From positions 3,708-67,707 of the forward strand of contig JAHHGO010000001.1 of assembly GCA_023252275.1 (NCBI GenBank): a DNA stretch of 64,000 nucleotides, in the 5' to 3' direction. Shown one piece after another: positions 48,650 to 58,211 of the stretch; within the stretch, counting starts at the first letter, position 1, and every line of letters begins with the position of its first letter. Origin of the DNA: Alphaproteobacteria bacterium. GTDB lineage: Bacteria; Pseudomonadota; Alphaproteobacteria; UBA11222. The notes beneath the pieces were generated by a model. The model saw only the letters and a program-made list of their open reading frames with translations. It searched no databases and had not been told where the DNA came from. Made by a program: the position numbers and the translations under genes.

Positions 48650-49267
48650 ATGGGCATTTACGAGAAATATTTTCTGCCAAAGCTGATCAATTGCGCCTGT
48701 GGGGCCAAACCGATCACCCGCCAGCGCGCCAAGGTGGTGCCGCTGGCGCATGGCCGGGTGCTGGAAATTGGCGTGGGGGCGGGCCACAATATTCCGCATT
48801 ATGACGCCGCAAAAATTGAAATGCTCTATGCGCTGGAACCATCGGGCGAAATGCGCGCATTGGCGGCGGAACGGGCCGGCAAGGCGCCTTTCAAGGTGGA
48901 ATTTATCGATCTGCCCGGCGAGCGGATTCCTCTGCAAGACAACAGCGTCGATACGGTGGTGACGACCTTTACCCTCTGCACCATCCCGGATACACTCACG
49001 GCGCTGCGCGGTATGCTGCGGGTGCTGCGCCCCGATGGGCAGCTTTTGTTTTGCGAACATGGCATCGCGCCCGACGCCTCGGTGGCGGCCTGGCAAAACC
49101 GGATTAATCCGTTCTGGAAACCCATTGGCGGAGGCTGCAACATAAACCGGGCAATTCCGCAGCTTATCGAGGCGGCAGGATTCAAAATTAATGACCTTGA
49201 GACCATGTATCTGCCCAATACCCCCCGAATTATGGCCTATAATTACTGGGGTTCGGCGCGCCGTTAA
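48650..49267 (+). CDS. Class I SAM-dependent methyltransferase
   Basis: VLEIGVGAGHN motif I. Confidence 0.75.
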   Translation: MGIYEKYFLPKLINCACGAKPITRQRAKVVPLAHGRVLEIGVGAGHNIPHYDAAKIEMLYALEPSGEMRALAAERAGKAPFKVEFIDLPGERIPLQDNSVDTVVTTFTLCTIPDTLTALRGMLRVLRPDGQLLFCEHGIAPDASVAAWQNRINPFWKPIGGGCNINRAIPQLIEAAGFKINDLETMYLPNTPRIMAYNYWGSARR

Positions 49268-49470
49268 CGCTTTGCCATTTGTCAGCGCAAGGAGCTATTT
49301 TGGCCCCTGCCGACTGCGGCATAAAAGCAGGGAATATAGCGGCCGCGAAAGACGCACAAAGCAAGCGCTTGCCTCCGCCGGATAGGCCCAACCGCTATAC
49401 CGCATCGCAGAGCCGCTTCCAATTGGATGAAGGCTGTTCTAATGCATTAATTTCTGGAGCAATTCTACCT

Positions 49471-49502
49471 GATTAGATTGAGCCGGGTGGTTCTATCTAA
49501 TC
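49471..49502. promoter_or_regulatory. Inverted repeat gattagat-N16-atctaatc in the 278-nt intergenic region upstream of the acyltransferase gene
   Basis: 8-bp perfect arms. Confidence 0.3.
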
Positions 49503-49545
49503 GCGTGTTGCTCTACTCTGACGGCCAGAAGCTTATTGACGGAAA

Positions 49546-50283
49546 GTGCGGGAACAGATGCGCAAGGAACATCGGCCTTTTTTTCTCAAACGTATTATGG
49601 AAAATTTTTCCTATGCCTGGGCGCGGCATTTTCTTGTCCCCGCATTTGATTCAATTGGCGGCGGCGGCAAATTTGTCAGCCCCTGGAGCGTCAGCATATT
49701 CGGCGAAAATATTTCAGCCGGCCGCAATCTGCATCTGCTTTCCGCGCGCTATGCCCCGGTGCAATTATGCGTCTGGCCGGACGAAGTGGGCAAAGGCGAA
49801 ATCCGCATTGGCGATCACTGCCTGATCTGCCCCGGCGTGCGGTTTTCCTCTGCCAGCAGCATCACAATCGGCGATAATTGCATGTTCGCCAGCGGCGTTT
49901 ATCTGACCGATGCCGACTGGCATGATATTTATGACCGCACCAAATCCATTGGCGCCACCGCGCCGATAAAAATTGGTAATAATGTTTGGTTCGGCGATGG
50001 CGCCTTTGTCGCCAAGGGTGTGACGATTGGCGATAATGCCATTGTTGGCGCGCGCGCCGTGGTGGTGAATGATGTTCCGGCCAATGCCGTCGCTGCCGGA
50101 AACCCCGCCACAGTGCGCAAACTTTTGGATCCCGATCATGCAATCAGGGTCCGCGCCAGCCTGTTTCATCTGTCCCCGGAAGATTTCATAAGATGGGAAT
50201 CTTCCATGGATAAGGTGTTTACCGCGCGCAATAGCTGGTCCGGCTGGCTGCGAACGCGGTTTTTTCCAACGACCGCCGATTGA
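49546..50283 (+). CDS. Hexapeptide-repeat (left-handed beta-helix) acyltransferase
   Basis: Hexapeptide repeats (IGDNCMFASGVYL, IGNNVWFGDGAFV, IGDNAIVGARAVV); GTG start in the track, alternative ATGs at 49558/49597. Confidence 0.7.
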   Translation: MREQMRKEHRPFFLKRIMENFSYAWARHFLVPAFDSIGGGGKFVSPWSVSIFGENISAGRNLHLLSARYAPVQLCVWPDEVGKGEIRIGDHCLICPGVRFSSASSITIGDNCMFASGVYLTDADWHDIYDRTKSIGATAPIKIGNNVWFGDGAFVAKGVTIGDNAIVGARAVVVNDVPANAVAAGNPATVRKLLDPDHAIRVRASLFHLSPEDFIRWESSMDKVFTARNSWSGWLRTRFFPTTAD

Positions 50284-51794
50284 CGGAATTTGTTCGAGTG
50301 TCCCCCGCCATACCGGATCAGCATGCAATTATTATCGGCGCGGGCTTTACCGGGCTAGCCGCGGCGCTGGCGCTGGCCAGCCGGGGCTGGCGGGTGCGGC
50401 TGCTTGAACGTGATGGCGCGCCGCCGGATGGCGGCCCGGATGAAGCTTTTACCGGCTGGCCCCGGCGCGGCGTGGCGCAGATGCGGCACAGCCATGTATT
50501 CCTGTCGCGCCTGACCAATCTGCTGCGCGATCATTATCCGGCGGTGCTGTCGGAAATGCGCGCTGCCGGCTGCCGCGTTCTCGAATTTCGGGATGGGCTG
50601 CCCTCGGGCTTGCTGGCCAATTATGTCTGGGCGCCGGAAGATGCGGATCTGAGCTTTGTGTCCGGCCGCAGGATTACGCTGGAACTGGTGCTGCGCCGGC
50701 ATGTGGCGGCACTGCGCAATGTGGAAATCCTGGAGGCTGGCCGGGTTCGGGGCCTGCTGTTTGATAGCCTCGCCGACACACGCAGCGTTGCGGGGGTGGA
50801 GCTGGAAACGGTCACGGGCGCGCGCGAAATCAGGGCCGGTCTGATTATTGATGCGTCGGGGCGCGGTTCGCGCAGCCTGGGCTGGCTGGAACGGGACGGA
50901 ATCGTGGTGAAAGAAGAAACCGCGCCCGCGGGCATTGTTTATTTTACGCGGCATTACCGCCTGCTGTCCGGCATGGCCGAGCCGCCACGCAGCGATCATC
51001 CCACGGTGGGCGATCTGGATTATCTGAAATTCGGTGTGTTCCGCGCCGATAATGGCTGGTTCTCGCTGACCCTGGCCGTACCGGAAATTGAAACTGAATT
51101 AGGCGAGGCCATTCGCGCTCCGGAAATTTTCGATCATATCTGCGCCTTATTGCCGGGTGTTGCGCCATGGACGGACCCTGGCCGGGCGGAAGCCATGTCG
51201 CCGGTTTTCAGCATGGGTGGTTTGCGCAGTCATTGGCGGCATTTTGTGACGAATGGCAATCCGGCGGCGCTGAATTTTTTTGTTATCGGCGACGCCGCCG
51301 CGTGCAGCAATCCGCTCTATGGCCGGGGCTGTTCGGCGGGCTTTCTGCAGGCGCATCTGCTGGCTGAAATCTGCGCGCAAAAAAGCAATCCATTTGAACG
51401 CGCCATGCTGTTCGATACGATGATGCGCCGTGAAATCCGGCCTTATTATGATCTGATGGTCAAGCAGGATGCGCAATCCATCCGCCGCGCCAGCGGCCAG
51501 CGCCAGGGCGATTACCATCCCTCATTGCGCGCCCGCATGGCGCGGCGTTTTTTTGAACAGGGCATACGCCCGGCGTCGCGCGGTGATATAAAGGTCATGC
51601 GCGCTCTGATGCGCGGCTTTCATATGCTGGAAAATCCGAACATGGCGCTGCAAAACCCGGAAATTATTTTGCGCATTGGCCGTTTTTTACTGCGGGGAGG
51701 CGCGCGAAACGCGGCGTTACTCGGGCCGCCGATCGGGCCGGCGCGCAACGTGATGATGGAAAAACTTTCTTTAGCCAGCGAGGCATACCCATGA
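50280..51794 (+). CDS. FAD-dependent oxidoreductase / flavin monooxygenase-like
   Basis: IIIGAGFTGLAAALALASRG Rossmann motif, GDAAACSNPLYGRGCSAG second FAD motif; TTG start overlapping the upstream stop (TTGA). Confidence 0.7.
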   Translation: MTEFVRVSPAIPDQHAIIIGAGFTGLAAALALASRGWRVRLLERDGAPPDGGPDEAFTGWPRRGVAQMRHSHVFLSRLTNLLRDHYPAVLSEMRAAGCRVLEFRDGLPSGLLANYVWAPEDADLSFVSGRRITLELVLRRHVAALRNVEILEAGRVRGLLFDSLADTRSVAGVELETVTGAREIRAGLIIDASGRGSRSLGWLERDGIVVKEETAPAGIVYFTRHYRLLSGMAEPPRSDHPTVGDLDYLKFGVFRADNGWFSLTLAVPEIETELGEAIRAPEIFDHICALLPGVAPWTDPGRAEAMSPVFSMGGLRSHWRHFVTNGNPAALNFFVIGDAAACSNPLYGRGCSAGFLQAHLLAEICAQKSNPFERAMLFDTMMRREIRPYYDLMVKQDAQSIRRASGQRQGDYHPSLRARMARRFFEQGIRPASRGDIKVMRALMRGFHMLENPNMALQNPEIILRIGRFLLRGGARNAALLGPPIGPARNVMMEKLSLASEAYP

Positions 51795-52192
51795 GCGATA
51801 GTGAAACACTGCTGTTCGCCAATGAATTTTTTTACCGCGCCTTTGCCGGGCGCGACATGAAGGGGCTGGAGGAAATCTGGCATTATTCCCCCGGCGTCAG
51901 TTGCACGCATCCGGGCTGGAACCCGATCATCGGGCGGATCGCTGTGCTGCAAAGTTTTCGCACGATCCTGCAAGGCGCCAGTCCGCCCGATGTGCGTTGC
52001 CTGGCGCCAAAGCCGGTGTTGCTGGGCGATAGCGCTTATGTGTTATGTCATGAGGCGCTGGGCGGCAATTATCTTGTCGCCACCAATATATTTGTCCGGG
52101 ATGGGCGGCTGTGGCGGCTGCATCATCATCATGCCGGGCCGGCCGTAAACCCGCCGGAAACTGCGGAATTTCCTCCCATATCCATTAATTAA
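51791..52192 (+). CDS. NTF2-like / SnoaL-like small protein
   Basis: 133 aa; ATGA overlap with upstream gene. Confidence 0.5.
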   Translation: MSDSETLLFANEFFYRAFAGRDMKGLEEIWHYSPGVSCTHPGWNPIIGRIAVLQSFRTILQGASPPDVRCLAPKPVLLGDSAYVLCHEALGGNYLVATNIFVRDGRLWRLHHHHAGPAVNPPETAEFPPISIN

Positions 52193-52232
52193 CCATCATA
52201 CGAAAAACCCCGGGCTTGATTTTGACGAGAAT

Positions 52233-52250
52233 ATGAACAATTTTGTTCAT
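52233..52250. promoter_or_regulatory. Perfect 18-bp palindrome ATGAACAATTTTGTTCAT upstream of the GT4 gene
   Basis: 7-bp arms, 4-nt AT spacer, 15 nt before the ATG at 52265. Confidence 0.45.
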
Positions 52251-52264
52251 TTTTAGGATCGATC

Positions 52265-53578
52265 ATGAATATTGAAAACATCCCGCCGGTTGGACGCAAT
52301 CTTCGGCGCACGGACGAACTGCCGCATCGCGGCAGGCCGTTGCGCATTCTGCTGCCCAGTTATCGCAGCGACCCCTATACGGGCGGGCAGGGGGTCTATA
52401 TGCGCCATTTTAGCAAGGCGCTGGTTGATATGGGGCATCATGTGGATGTGATTTCCGGCCCGCCCTATCCGCATCTGGATCCGCGCGTGGGGCTGATCAA
52501 GCTGCCTTCGCTGGATTTGTACGCCGCAAAGTGGCCCTCGTTCGGGCTGCCGTTCAATCGCTGGAAAAACTCCGCCGACTGGATAGAATATTTTGTTCAC
52601 ATGTCGGGCGGGTTTCCGGAAATTTATACATTTGGCCGGCGGCTTGCCGATTATATGAAAGACCGGGTGCACGAATATGATCTGGTGCATGACAATCAGA
52701 CCATCTGCCCCGGCCTGCTGGATTTACAGCGTATGGGCTTGCCAGTGGTCAGCATCATTCATCATCCGATCACCATGGACCGCAAGCTGGCGATCGACGC
52801 GCAGACAAATCCGTTTTACAAATTTCTGTCCTGGCGCTGGCACAGCTTTGTGAATATGCAAATTCGCGTCGCCCGGCAATTGCCCAATATTATCGCCGTG
52901 TCAAAATCCACCCATCGCGATCTGATGGCGCAATTCGGCGTCAAACCGGAGCAAATGGAGATTATTTTTGAAGGTATTGATTGCGAAACCTTCCGCCCAA
53001 TGCCGGAAATACCCCGCAAGCCCAACCGGCTGATGGCAACCGCCAGCGCCGACGTGGCGCTGAAAGGCCTGGTCTATCTGGTGCAGGCCTATGGCAAATT
53101 GCTGCAGGATTTTCCCGATCTTGAACTGGTCGTTGTCGGAAAATTGCGTTCCGGTCCGACGGAGCGTCTGCTCGACAAGCTTGGCATCAAATCAAAAGTG
53201 CAGTTTGTCACGGGCGTCACCGATGATGAAATCCGCCGGCTTTACGCGGAAACGACCATCGCGGTCAGCCCGTCGCTCTATGAGGGGTTTGGCTTTCCGG
53301 CAGGCGAGGCGATGGCTTGCGGGGTTCCGCTCGTCGCCACCACAGGCGGCGCGCTGCCCGAAGTTGTGGGGGATGCGGGAATAATTGTGCCTGCGGGTGA
53401 TGCCGGTGCGCTGGCTGGCGCCATTGCAGATCTGTTGCGCGATTCCGCCAAACGCAACCTGCTCGGGCCGCTTGGCCGCGAACGGATTGTGCGCGAATTC
53501 AGCTGGCCCTTATGCGCGCAAAATATGACGGAATATTATCACCGGCTGCTGGACAACCATGCGCACCATCGAAATTGA
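52265..53578 (+). CDS. Glycosyltransferase family 4 (GT-B, group 1)
   Basis: C-terminal E-x7-E region SPSLYEGFGFPAGEAMACGVPLVAT. Confidence 0.8.
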   Translation: MNIENIPPVGRNLRRTDELPHRGRPLRILLPSYRSDPYTGGQGVYMRHFSKALVDMGHHVDVISGPPYPHLDPRVGLIKLPSLDLYAAKWPSFGLPFNRWKNSADWIEYFVHMSGGFPEIYTFGRRLADYMKDRVHEYDLVHDNQTICPGLLDLQRMGLPVVSIIHHPITMDRKLAIDAQTNPFYKFLSWRWHSFVNMQIRVARQLPNIIAVSKSTHRDLMAQFGVKPEQMEIIFEGIDCETFRPMPEIPRKPNRLMATASADVALKGLVYLVQAYGKLLQDFPDLELVVVGKLRSGPTERLLDKLGIKSKVQFVTGVTDDEIRRLYAETTIAVSPSLYEGFGFPAGEAMACGVPLVATTGGALPEVVGDAGIIVPAGDAGALAGAIADLLRDSAKRNLLGPLGRERIVREFSWPLCAQNMTEYYHRLLDNHAHHRN

Positions 53579-54305
53579 AAGCCTCGACATCAAGGATGGG
53601 GATGTGGCGCTGGACCTTGGCTGCGGGGAAGGGCGGCATCTGCATGCGCTATATTTCGCCAAACGGCTGCATGCGGTGGGTGTCGATCTGGGATATGAGG
53701 ATCTGCGCAAGGCGCGCCGCGGGCTGGAGCTGAACCCCGATCTGGAATCCAATCCGCAGCGCTATTGCAGTTTCGCGCAGGCGAATGCGCTTTCGCTGCC
53801 GTTCCCGGATGGCTGTTTTGATCTTGTGCTGTGCTCGGAAGTGCTGGAACATATTCCCGATTATCAGGCGGCGCTGGATGAAGTTTTCCGGGTGCTGAAA
53901 CCTGGCGGCACACTTGCGGTCAGCGTTCCGCGCACCTGGCCCGAATGGATATGCTGGCAGCTCAGCCCGCATGGCTATGCAAATTCGCCCGGCGGGCATA
54001 TCCGGATTTTCCGCTCCGGCGTGTTGCGCAAGGATATTGAACGCCGCGGCTTGCGCTTTATGCGCCGCCACTGGGCGCATGGGCTGCATTCGCCCTATTG
54101 GTGGCTGCAATGCCTGCTATGGGACCGCAAGGAAACCGCGCGCTCCGTCAGGCTCTACAGGCGTTTTCTGGAATGGGATATTCTCCAGCGGCCGCTTTTG
54201 ACACGGGTGCTGGAAAGGCTGGCCAGCCCCGTCATGGGTAAAAGCGTCGTGATGTATTTTGGCAGGGCGGCGCTGGATGGGGGCGAACCAGCAGCCCGGG
54301 CCTGA
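53559..54305 (+). CDS. Class I SAM-dependent methyltransferase (Methyltransf_11-like)
   Basis: LDLGCGEG motif I; 20-nt overlap with GT4. Confidence 0.75.
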   Translation: MRTIEIESLDIKDGDVALDLGCGEGRHLHALYFAKRLHAVGVDLGYEDLRKARRGLELNPDLESNPQRYCSFAQANALSLPFPDGCFDLVLCSEVLEHIPDYQAALDEVFRVLKPGGTLAVSVPRTWPEWICWQLSPHGYANSPGGHIRIFRSGVLRKDIERRGLRFMRRHWAHGLHSPYWWLQCLLWDRKETARSVRLYRRFLEWDILQRPLLTRVLERLASPVMGKSVVMYFGRAALDGGEPAARA

Positions 54306-54358
54306 TTGATAAGATAATAATCCGGAAAAAATCCGGATCAGCACAGGGAAGCAGGATT

Positions 54359-55468
54359 ATGGAAAAGCTATATTTGGGAAAAGGCCAGTTCCCGCCGGAT
54401 TTTTTTGAGGGCGCGGCTGCGCGAATTTTACATCTGCAACGCCCCGATGGGGCGATCCCCTGGTTCGATGGCGGCGTGGTGGATCCGTGGAACCATGTGG
54501 AAGCGGCCATGGGACTCAGCATTCTGGGCCATCGGGACGCCGCCATAAAAGCCTATGACTGGCTGATTGATAATCAGCTTGCGGATGGTTCCTGGTGGGG
54601 AGAACTGGGGGCGGCTGTGCCCATTGATCTTGAAACGGGCGTCTTCAAGGCGGAAGGCCCCAAGGACGAAACGCCGGTGCGCGACAGTAATTTTTGCGCC
54701 TATATCGCGGTGGGTGTGTGGCACCATTATCTGGTTACGGGGGATGGCGGTTTTCTGGCGCGCATGTGGCCCGCTGTTTCCGCCGCCATGGGATTTGTGC
54801 TGTCGCTGCAATCGGAACATGGTGAAATCCGCTGGGCGGCGTGGGATTCACGCGATGCCGACGATGCGCTGCTGACCGGCAGTTCCTCCATTTATAAAAG
54901 CCTGGAATGCGCCATTCGCATCGCGCGCGCGCTGAATGAACCGCAGGATGCATGGGTCCGCGCGCGGGCGCTGCTGGGGAATGCGCTGCGTCATAAACCG
55001 CACCGGTTTGACCGCACCTGGGAATCCAAGGAGCGCTATTCGATGGACTGGTATTATCCGGTGCTTTCGGGCGCGCTGCGCGGCGACGCGGCGTTTTCGC
55101 GCATTGCCAGTAAATGGCATATATTTGTTGAAAACGGGCATGGCTGCCGCTGCGTATCCGATGAACCCTGGGTCACCGTCGCGGAAACCTGCGAACTGGT
55201 GCTGGCGCTGATTACCTCCGGACAGCCGGTGCGGGCGATGGAAATGTTCAGCTGGGTGCACAAATACCGCCACGACAATGGCGCCTACTGGATGGGTTAT
55301 CAGATCGTGGAGAATGTTCCGTGGCCGGAGGAAATGCCGGCCTGGACAGCGGGCGCGGTGCTGCTGGCGGCGGATGCATTGTGTGGCGTGACCTCCGCTT
55401 CGCGCCTGTTCATTGATGTGCTAGACGAGGATGCGGCGCAGCAGACCAAGCGATTTTACCATCGCTAG
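54359..55468 (+). CDS. Alpha/alpha-toroid repeat protein (prenyltransferase/terpenoid-cyclase-like or LanC-like fold); function unknown
   Basis: 369 aa, repeated aromatic/Gly-Trp motifs (DGSWWGE, NGAYWMGY); fold assignment is inference only. Confidence 0.35.
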   Translation: MEKLYLGKGQFPPDFFEGAAARILHLQRPDGAIPWFDGGVVDPWNHVEAAMGLSILGHRDAAIKAYDWLIDNQLADGSWWGELGAAVPIDLETGVFKAEGPKDETPVRDSNFCAYIAVGVWHHYLVTGDGGFLARMWPAVSAAMGFVLSLQSEHGEIRWAAWDSRDADDALLTGSSSIYKSLECAIRIARALNEPQDAWVRARALLGNALRHKPHRFDRTWESKERYSMDWYYPVLSGALRGDAAFSRIASKWHIFVENGHGCRCVSDEPWVTVAETCELVLALITSGQPVRAMEMFSWVHKYRHDNGAYWMGYQIVENVPWPEEMPAWTAGAVLLAADALCGVTSASRLFIDVLDEDAAQQTKRFYHR

Positions 55469-56053
55469 CTCTTCGAACATTCCTGAAGCCAGCGCCAGCC
55501 GGTAGATTTCATAGGGCGCCTGTCCGCCATCCCTGGGGTCGGGAAAAATGTCGTGAATGGCCAGGATGCCGCCCTGCATGACATGCCCGCTGAAGCCGCG
55601 ATAATCAATCAGGGCCATTTCCAGCGCATGGCCGCCGTCGATGAACAGCATCGATAGCGGTATGTTCCAGTGCCGCGCCGCCAATCTGGATTTGGTCACG
55701 ATCGCAATAACGGTGTCTTCCAGCCCGGCGCGGCGCAGCGTGTCGCGGAAAAATGGCAATGTGTCCATGGCGCCCGCTTTGGCGTCCCAGGTGCCGGGAT
55801 CATGATGTTCCCAGCCCGGCTGGTTTTCTTCCGATCCGCGATGATGATCGAGCGCATATAATAGCGCGCCGCGCGCCTTGCAGGCCGCGCCCAGATAGAC
55901 GGTGGATTTACCGCAGTATGATCCGATTTCCATGACCGGCCCGCGATCCGCCATGCCAAATGCGGCGTCATGCAGCGCCGCGCCTTCCACCGGGTCCATG
56001 AAGCCTTTTACCGCTTCAATGTCGATGGGCAGGGTGAGGCCGGTCTTGCTCAT
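55421..56053 (-). CDS. Class I SAM-dependent methyltransferase, CmcI/Methyltransf_24-like
   Basis: VMEIGSYCGKST, LFIDGGH motifs; ATGA overlap with upstream SDR. Confidence 0.6.
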   Translation of the reverse strand: MSKTGLTLPIDIEAVKGFMDPVEGAALHDAAFGMADRGPVMEIGSYCGKSTVYLGAACKARGALLYALDHHRGSEENQPGWEHHDPGTWDAKAGAMDTLPFFRDTLRRAGLEDTVIAIVTKSRLAARHWNIPLSMLFIDGGHALEMALIDYRGFSGHVMQGGILAIHDIFPDPRDGGQAPYEIYRLALASGMFEELAMVKSLGLLRRILV

Positions 56054-56910
56054 TGTTTTATCCCGGTCAGCCTTTCGCATTCAGTCCAAAGCCGCGCGGC
56101 GGCTTCTTCTGATTGCGATTCGGGTGATGGCCTCACCTGACGGCAATGCGCGAAATATTTTCCGCTGATCCCCGCCGCCTCCGGTGCGGACGCCAGATAA
56201 ATACTGGTTTCAGCGCCCTTCTCCACCGAAATACCAAATAATCCCGAGCTTAACGAAATCAGGCGGCCGATAAGGAAGTTATTGTTCTGGCCAAAATTCG
56301 AATGAACAAAACCCGGATGCAGGGAATTAACGCAAACCCCCTGGCCTTGCAGCCGCCGCGCCAGTTCGTTGCTGAATAAAATATTGGCCAGTTTAGATCT
56401 GCCATAGGCCTTCATGCCGCTATATCCATTGCGCATCTGCAGATCGTTAAAATCAAGCTGCGGCCCCTTATGCAAATCCGACGAGACATTGACAATGCGG
56501 GCATGGGGATTTTTGGTGATCAGGTCAAGCAGCAGATGGGTAACCAGAAAATAGCCGATCTGATTAACTGCAAAAGTCATTTCAATGCCATCAACGCTTT
56601 CCTGGCGTTTCATGAACACGCCCCCGGCATTGTTGATCAGCACGTCAATCTGGCTGGTGCGATCATGAATCTGTTTGGCGAGCGCATGAATTTCCGCTTG
56701 CGATGAAAGATCAGCGCGTAAAAATTCCGCGCTGCCCTGTCCCGCCAGCGCACCAATCTTTGCTGTGGCGGCGGCGCCTTTGTCTGGATTTTTCCCAATC
56801 AGCAGCAACCGCGCGCCGCGCGCCGCCAGGCCGCAGGCGGTGGCAAGTCCAATGCCATCTGTCCCGCCGGTAATTACGCATAGTTTGCCCTGAAGACTGC
56901 CCTGCATCAT
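56050..56910 (-). CDS. SDR-family oxidoreductase (retinol dehydrogenase/WWOX-like branch)
   Basis: ITGGTDGIGLA, NNAG, YxxSK. Confidence 0.8.
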   Translation of the reverse strand: MMQGSLQGKLCVITGGTDGIGLATACGLAARGARLLLIGKNPDKGAAATAKIGALAGQGSAEFLRADLSSQAEIHALAKQIHDRTSQIDVLINNAGGVFMKRQESVDGIEMTFAVNQIGYFLVTHLLLDLITKNPHARIVNVSSDLHKGPQLDFNDLQMRNGYSGMKAYGRSKLANILFSNELARRLQGQGVCVNSLHPGFVHSNFGQNNNFLIGRLISLSSGLFGISVEKGAETSIYLASAPEAAGISGKYFAHCRQVRPSPESQSEEAAARLWTECERLTGIKQ

Positions 56911-58211
56911 CCACCTCCATAGGCCGGAACCTGCGCTATCCGGCGGTCAATATCCAGCAGCAATTCCTTGTAGCGCTCGCTTTCCACATCCCCGTACCGG
57001 CGTTCAAATTCAGCCTGGGTCATATTATCCGGCAGGCCGGTAATATCGGGAAAAAAATCCGCTTCGCTATTTATCCCAGCCAGCGCGTTCTGAATGGGTA
57101 TGGCCGTTGCGGCCTCGCTGGCCAGCACCGCAAGCGTCACGCCGGCCTTGTCGCCCGCAATGTCTGAAAAGCTGAAGCCGCTGCCGCCGCGCAGCGTATC
57201 AGCGATTTCCTTGAATTCCCCGATCGCATTGGCAATGCCCACGCCCGCCGCCAGTTTCAGCCCGGCGGATGTAAGATAATGCTGCACCAGATCGTGGCGT
57301 CCTTTTATGGTTACATTGTGACTGCCCATGCGGGATCCGGAAAAATATTTATTATCCGACTTGCTAACCAGTGACTGCATGCGCTCATCGCCAAAATAAA
57401 TCGCCAGCGCCAGAATTGCCGCCTGGTTCTCGGCTATGGCCCTGGTTTCATCCAATTGGCCGCGGCTGACCGCCAGTTCGAATACCGGCTTCAAATAGCG
57501 TGTAAGCGGCACATAACCGCCCCGCAGGCTGGCGGCGGTATCCTGAAGCAGTTTGAAATAGATCTGCACCAGTTCGGGATCGGCAATGCGCAATTGCTCA
57601 TTGTCCTTTATTCTGTCAAACAGATTGTTCAGCTTTCCGGATATTTCTCCGGCGCTATTCTGGTCTGCGGCAATCATCAGAAACATTTTATTTTCCGAGA
57701 ACCGAACCTGCGTGACCACATTGGTCAGTGTCTCCTTGATCCCGGGTCCAAACAGATAATCGAGTCCCCAGCCAAATACGGGTTTCAGAAATTGCGCCGA
57801 GATTTCAGTTTCTCCAAGCATGAGATGCTTAAGCTCCAGCCCGTGTGTGGATGGCAGGACGGCAAAGCCCAAATTCAGATACGGGCCAACCGGGTTGGCT
57901 GGCAGGGCGATGGTCAAATGCGCTTCAAGTCCCTGCGCGTCAATTCTGGCGTCGGCGCTGGCGGAGGGAATGCCCCTGACCGCAAAGGCGATAATGCCTT
58001 CCAGATCCTGTTCGCTGATGGTGATTTCGGTATTCTTCCCGGACCGGATTTGACTTACAAGCTGTTTGACGCGCCGGGCGTTTTCCGTATTTGCGACCGG
58101 CGCCTCTTTGATAACCAGAGGTTTGTCGCCGATTGCTTTAAATAGCAGAAATCCCACCCCTGCGGGCACGGCAAGCAGGGCCAGCAACAGAAGGCTGATG
58201 AGGGTTTTCAT
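56907..58211 (-). CDS. Exported/membrane-anchored hypothetical protein, 434 aa
   Basis: N-terminal signal-anchor MKTLISLLLLALLAVPAGVGFLLF; no recognisable family; start directly abuts the asmA-family stop. Confidence 0.4.
   Translation of the reverse strand: MKTLISLLLLALLAVPAGVGFLLFKAIGDKPLVIKEAPVANTENARRVKQLVSQIRSGKNTEITISEQDLEGIIAFAVRGIPSASADARIDAQGLEAHLTIALPANPVGPYLNLGFAVLPSTHGLELKHLMLGETEISAQFLKPVFGWGLDYLFGPGIKETLTNVVTQVRFSENKMFLMIAADQNSAGEISGKLNNLFDRIKDNEQLRIADPELVQIYFKLLQDTAASLRGGYVPLTRYLKPVFELAVSRGQLDETRAIAENQAAILALAIYFGDERMQSLVSKSDNKYFSGSRMGSHNVTIKGRHDLVQHYLTSAGLKLAAGVGIANAIGEFKEIADTLRGGSGFSFSDIAGDKAGVTLAVLASEAATAIPIQNALAGINSEADFFPDITGLPDNMTQAEFERRYGDVESERYKELLLDIDRRIAQVPAYGGG

Noticed and set aside
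50280-55468. Idea that the FAD oxidoreductase + alpha/alpha-toroid pair is a squalene epoxidase + oxidosqualene cyclase (bacterial sterol synthesis)
   Set aside because: The toroid protein is only 369 aa, about half the size of any triterpene cyclase, and lacks the DxDD/DCTAE-type catalytic motifs. The FAD motifs are generic to the PHBH superfamily. No squalene synthase nearby.
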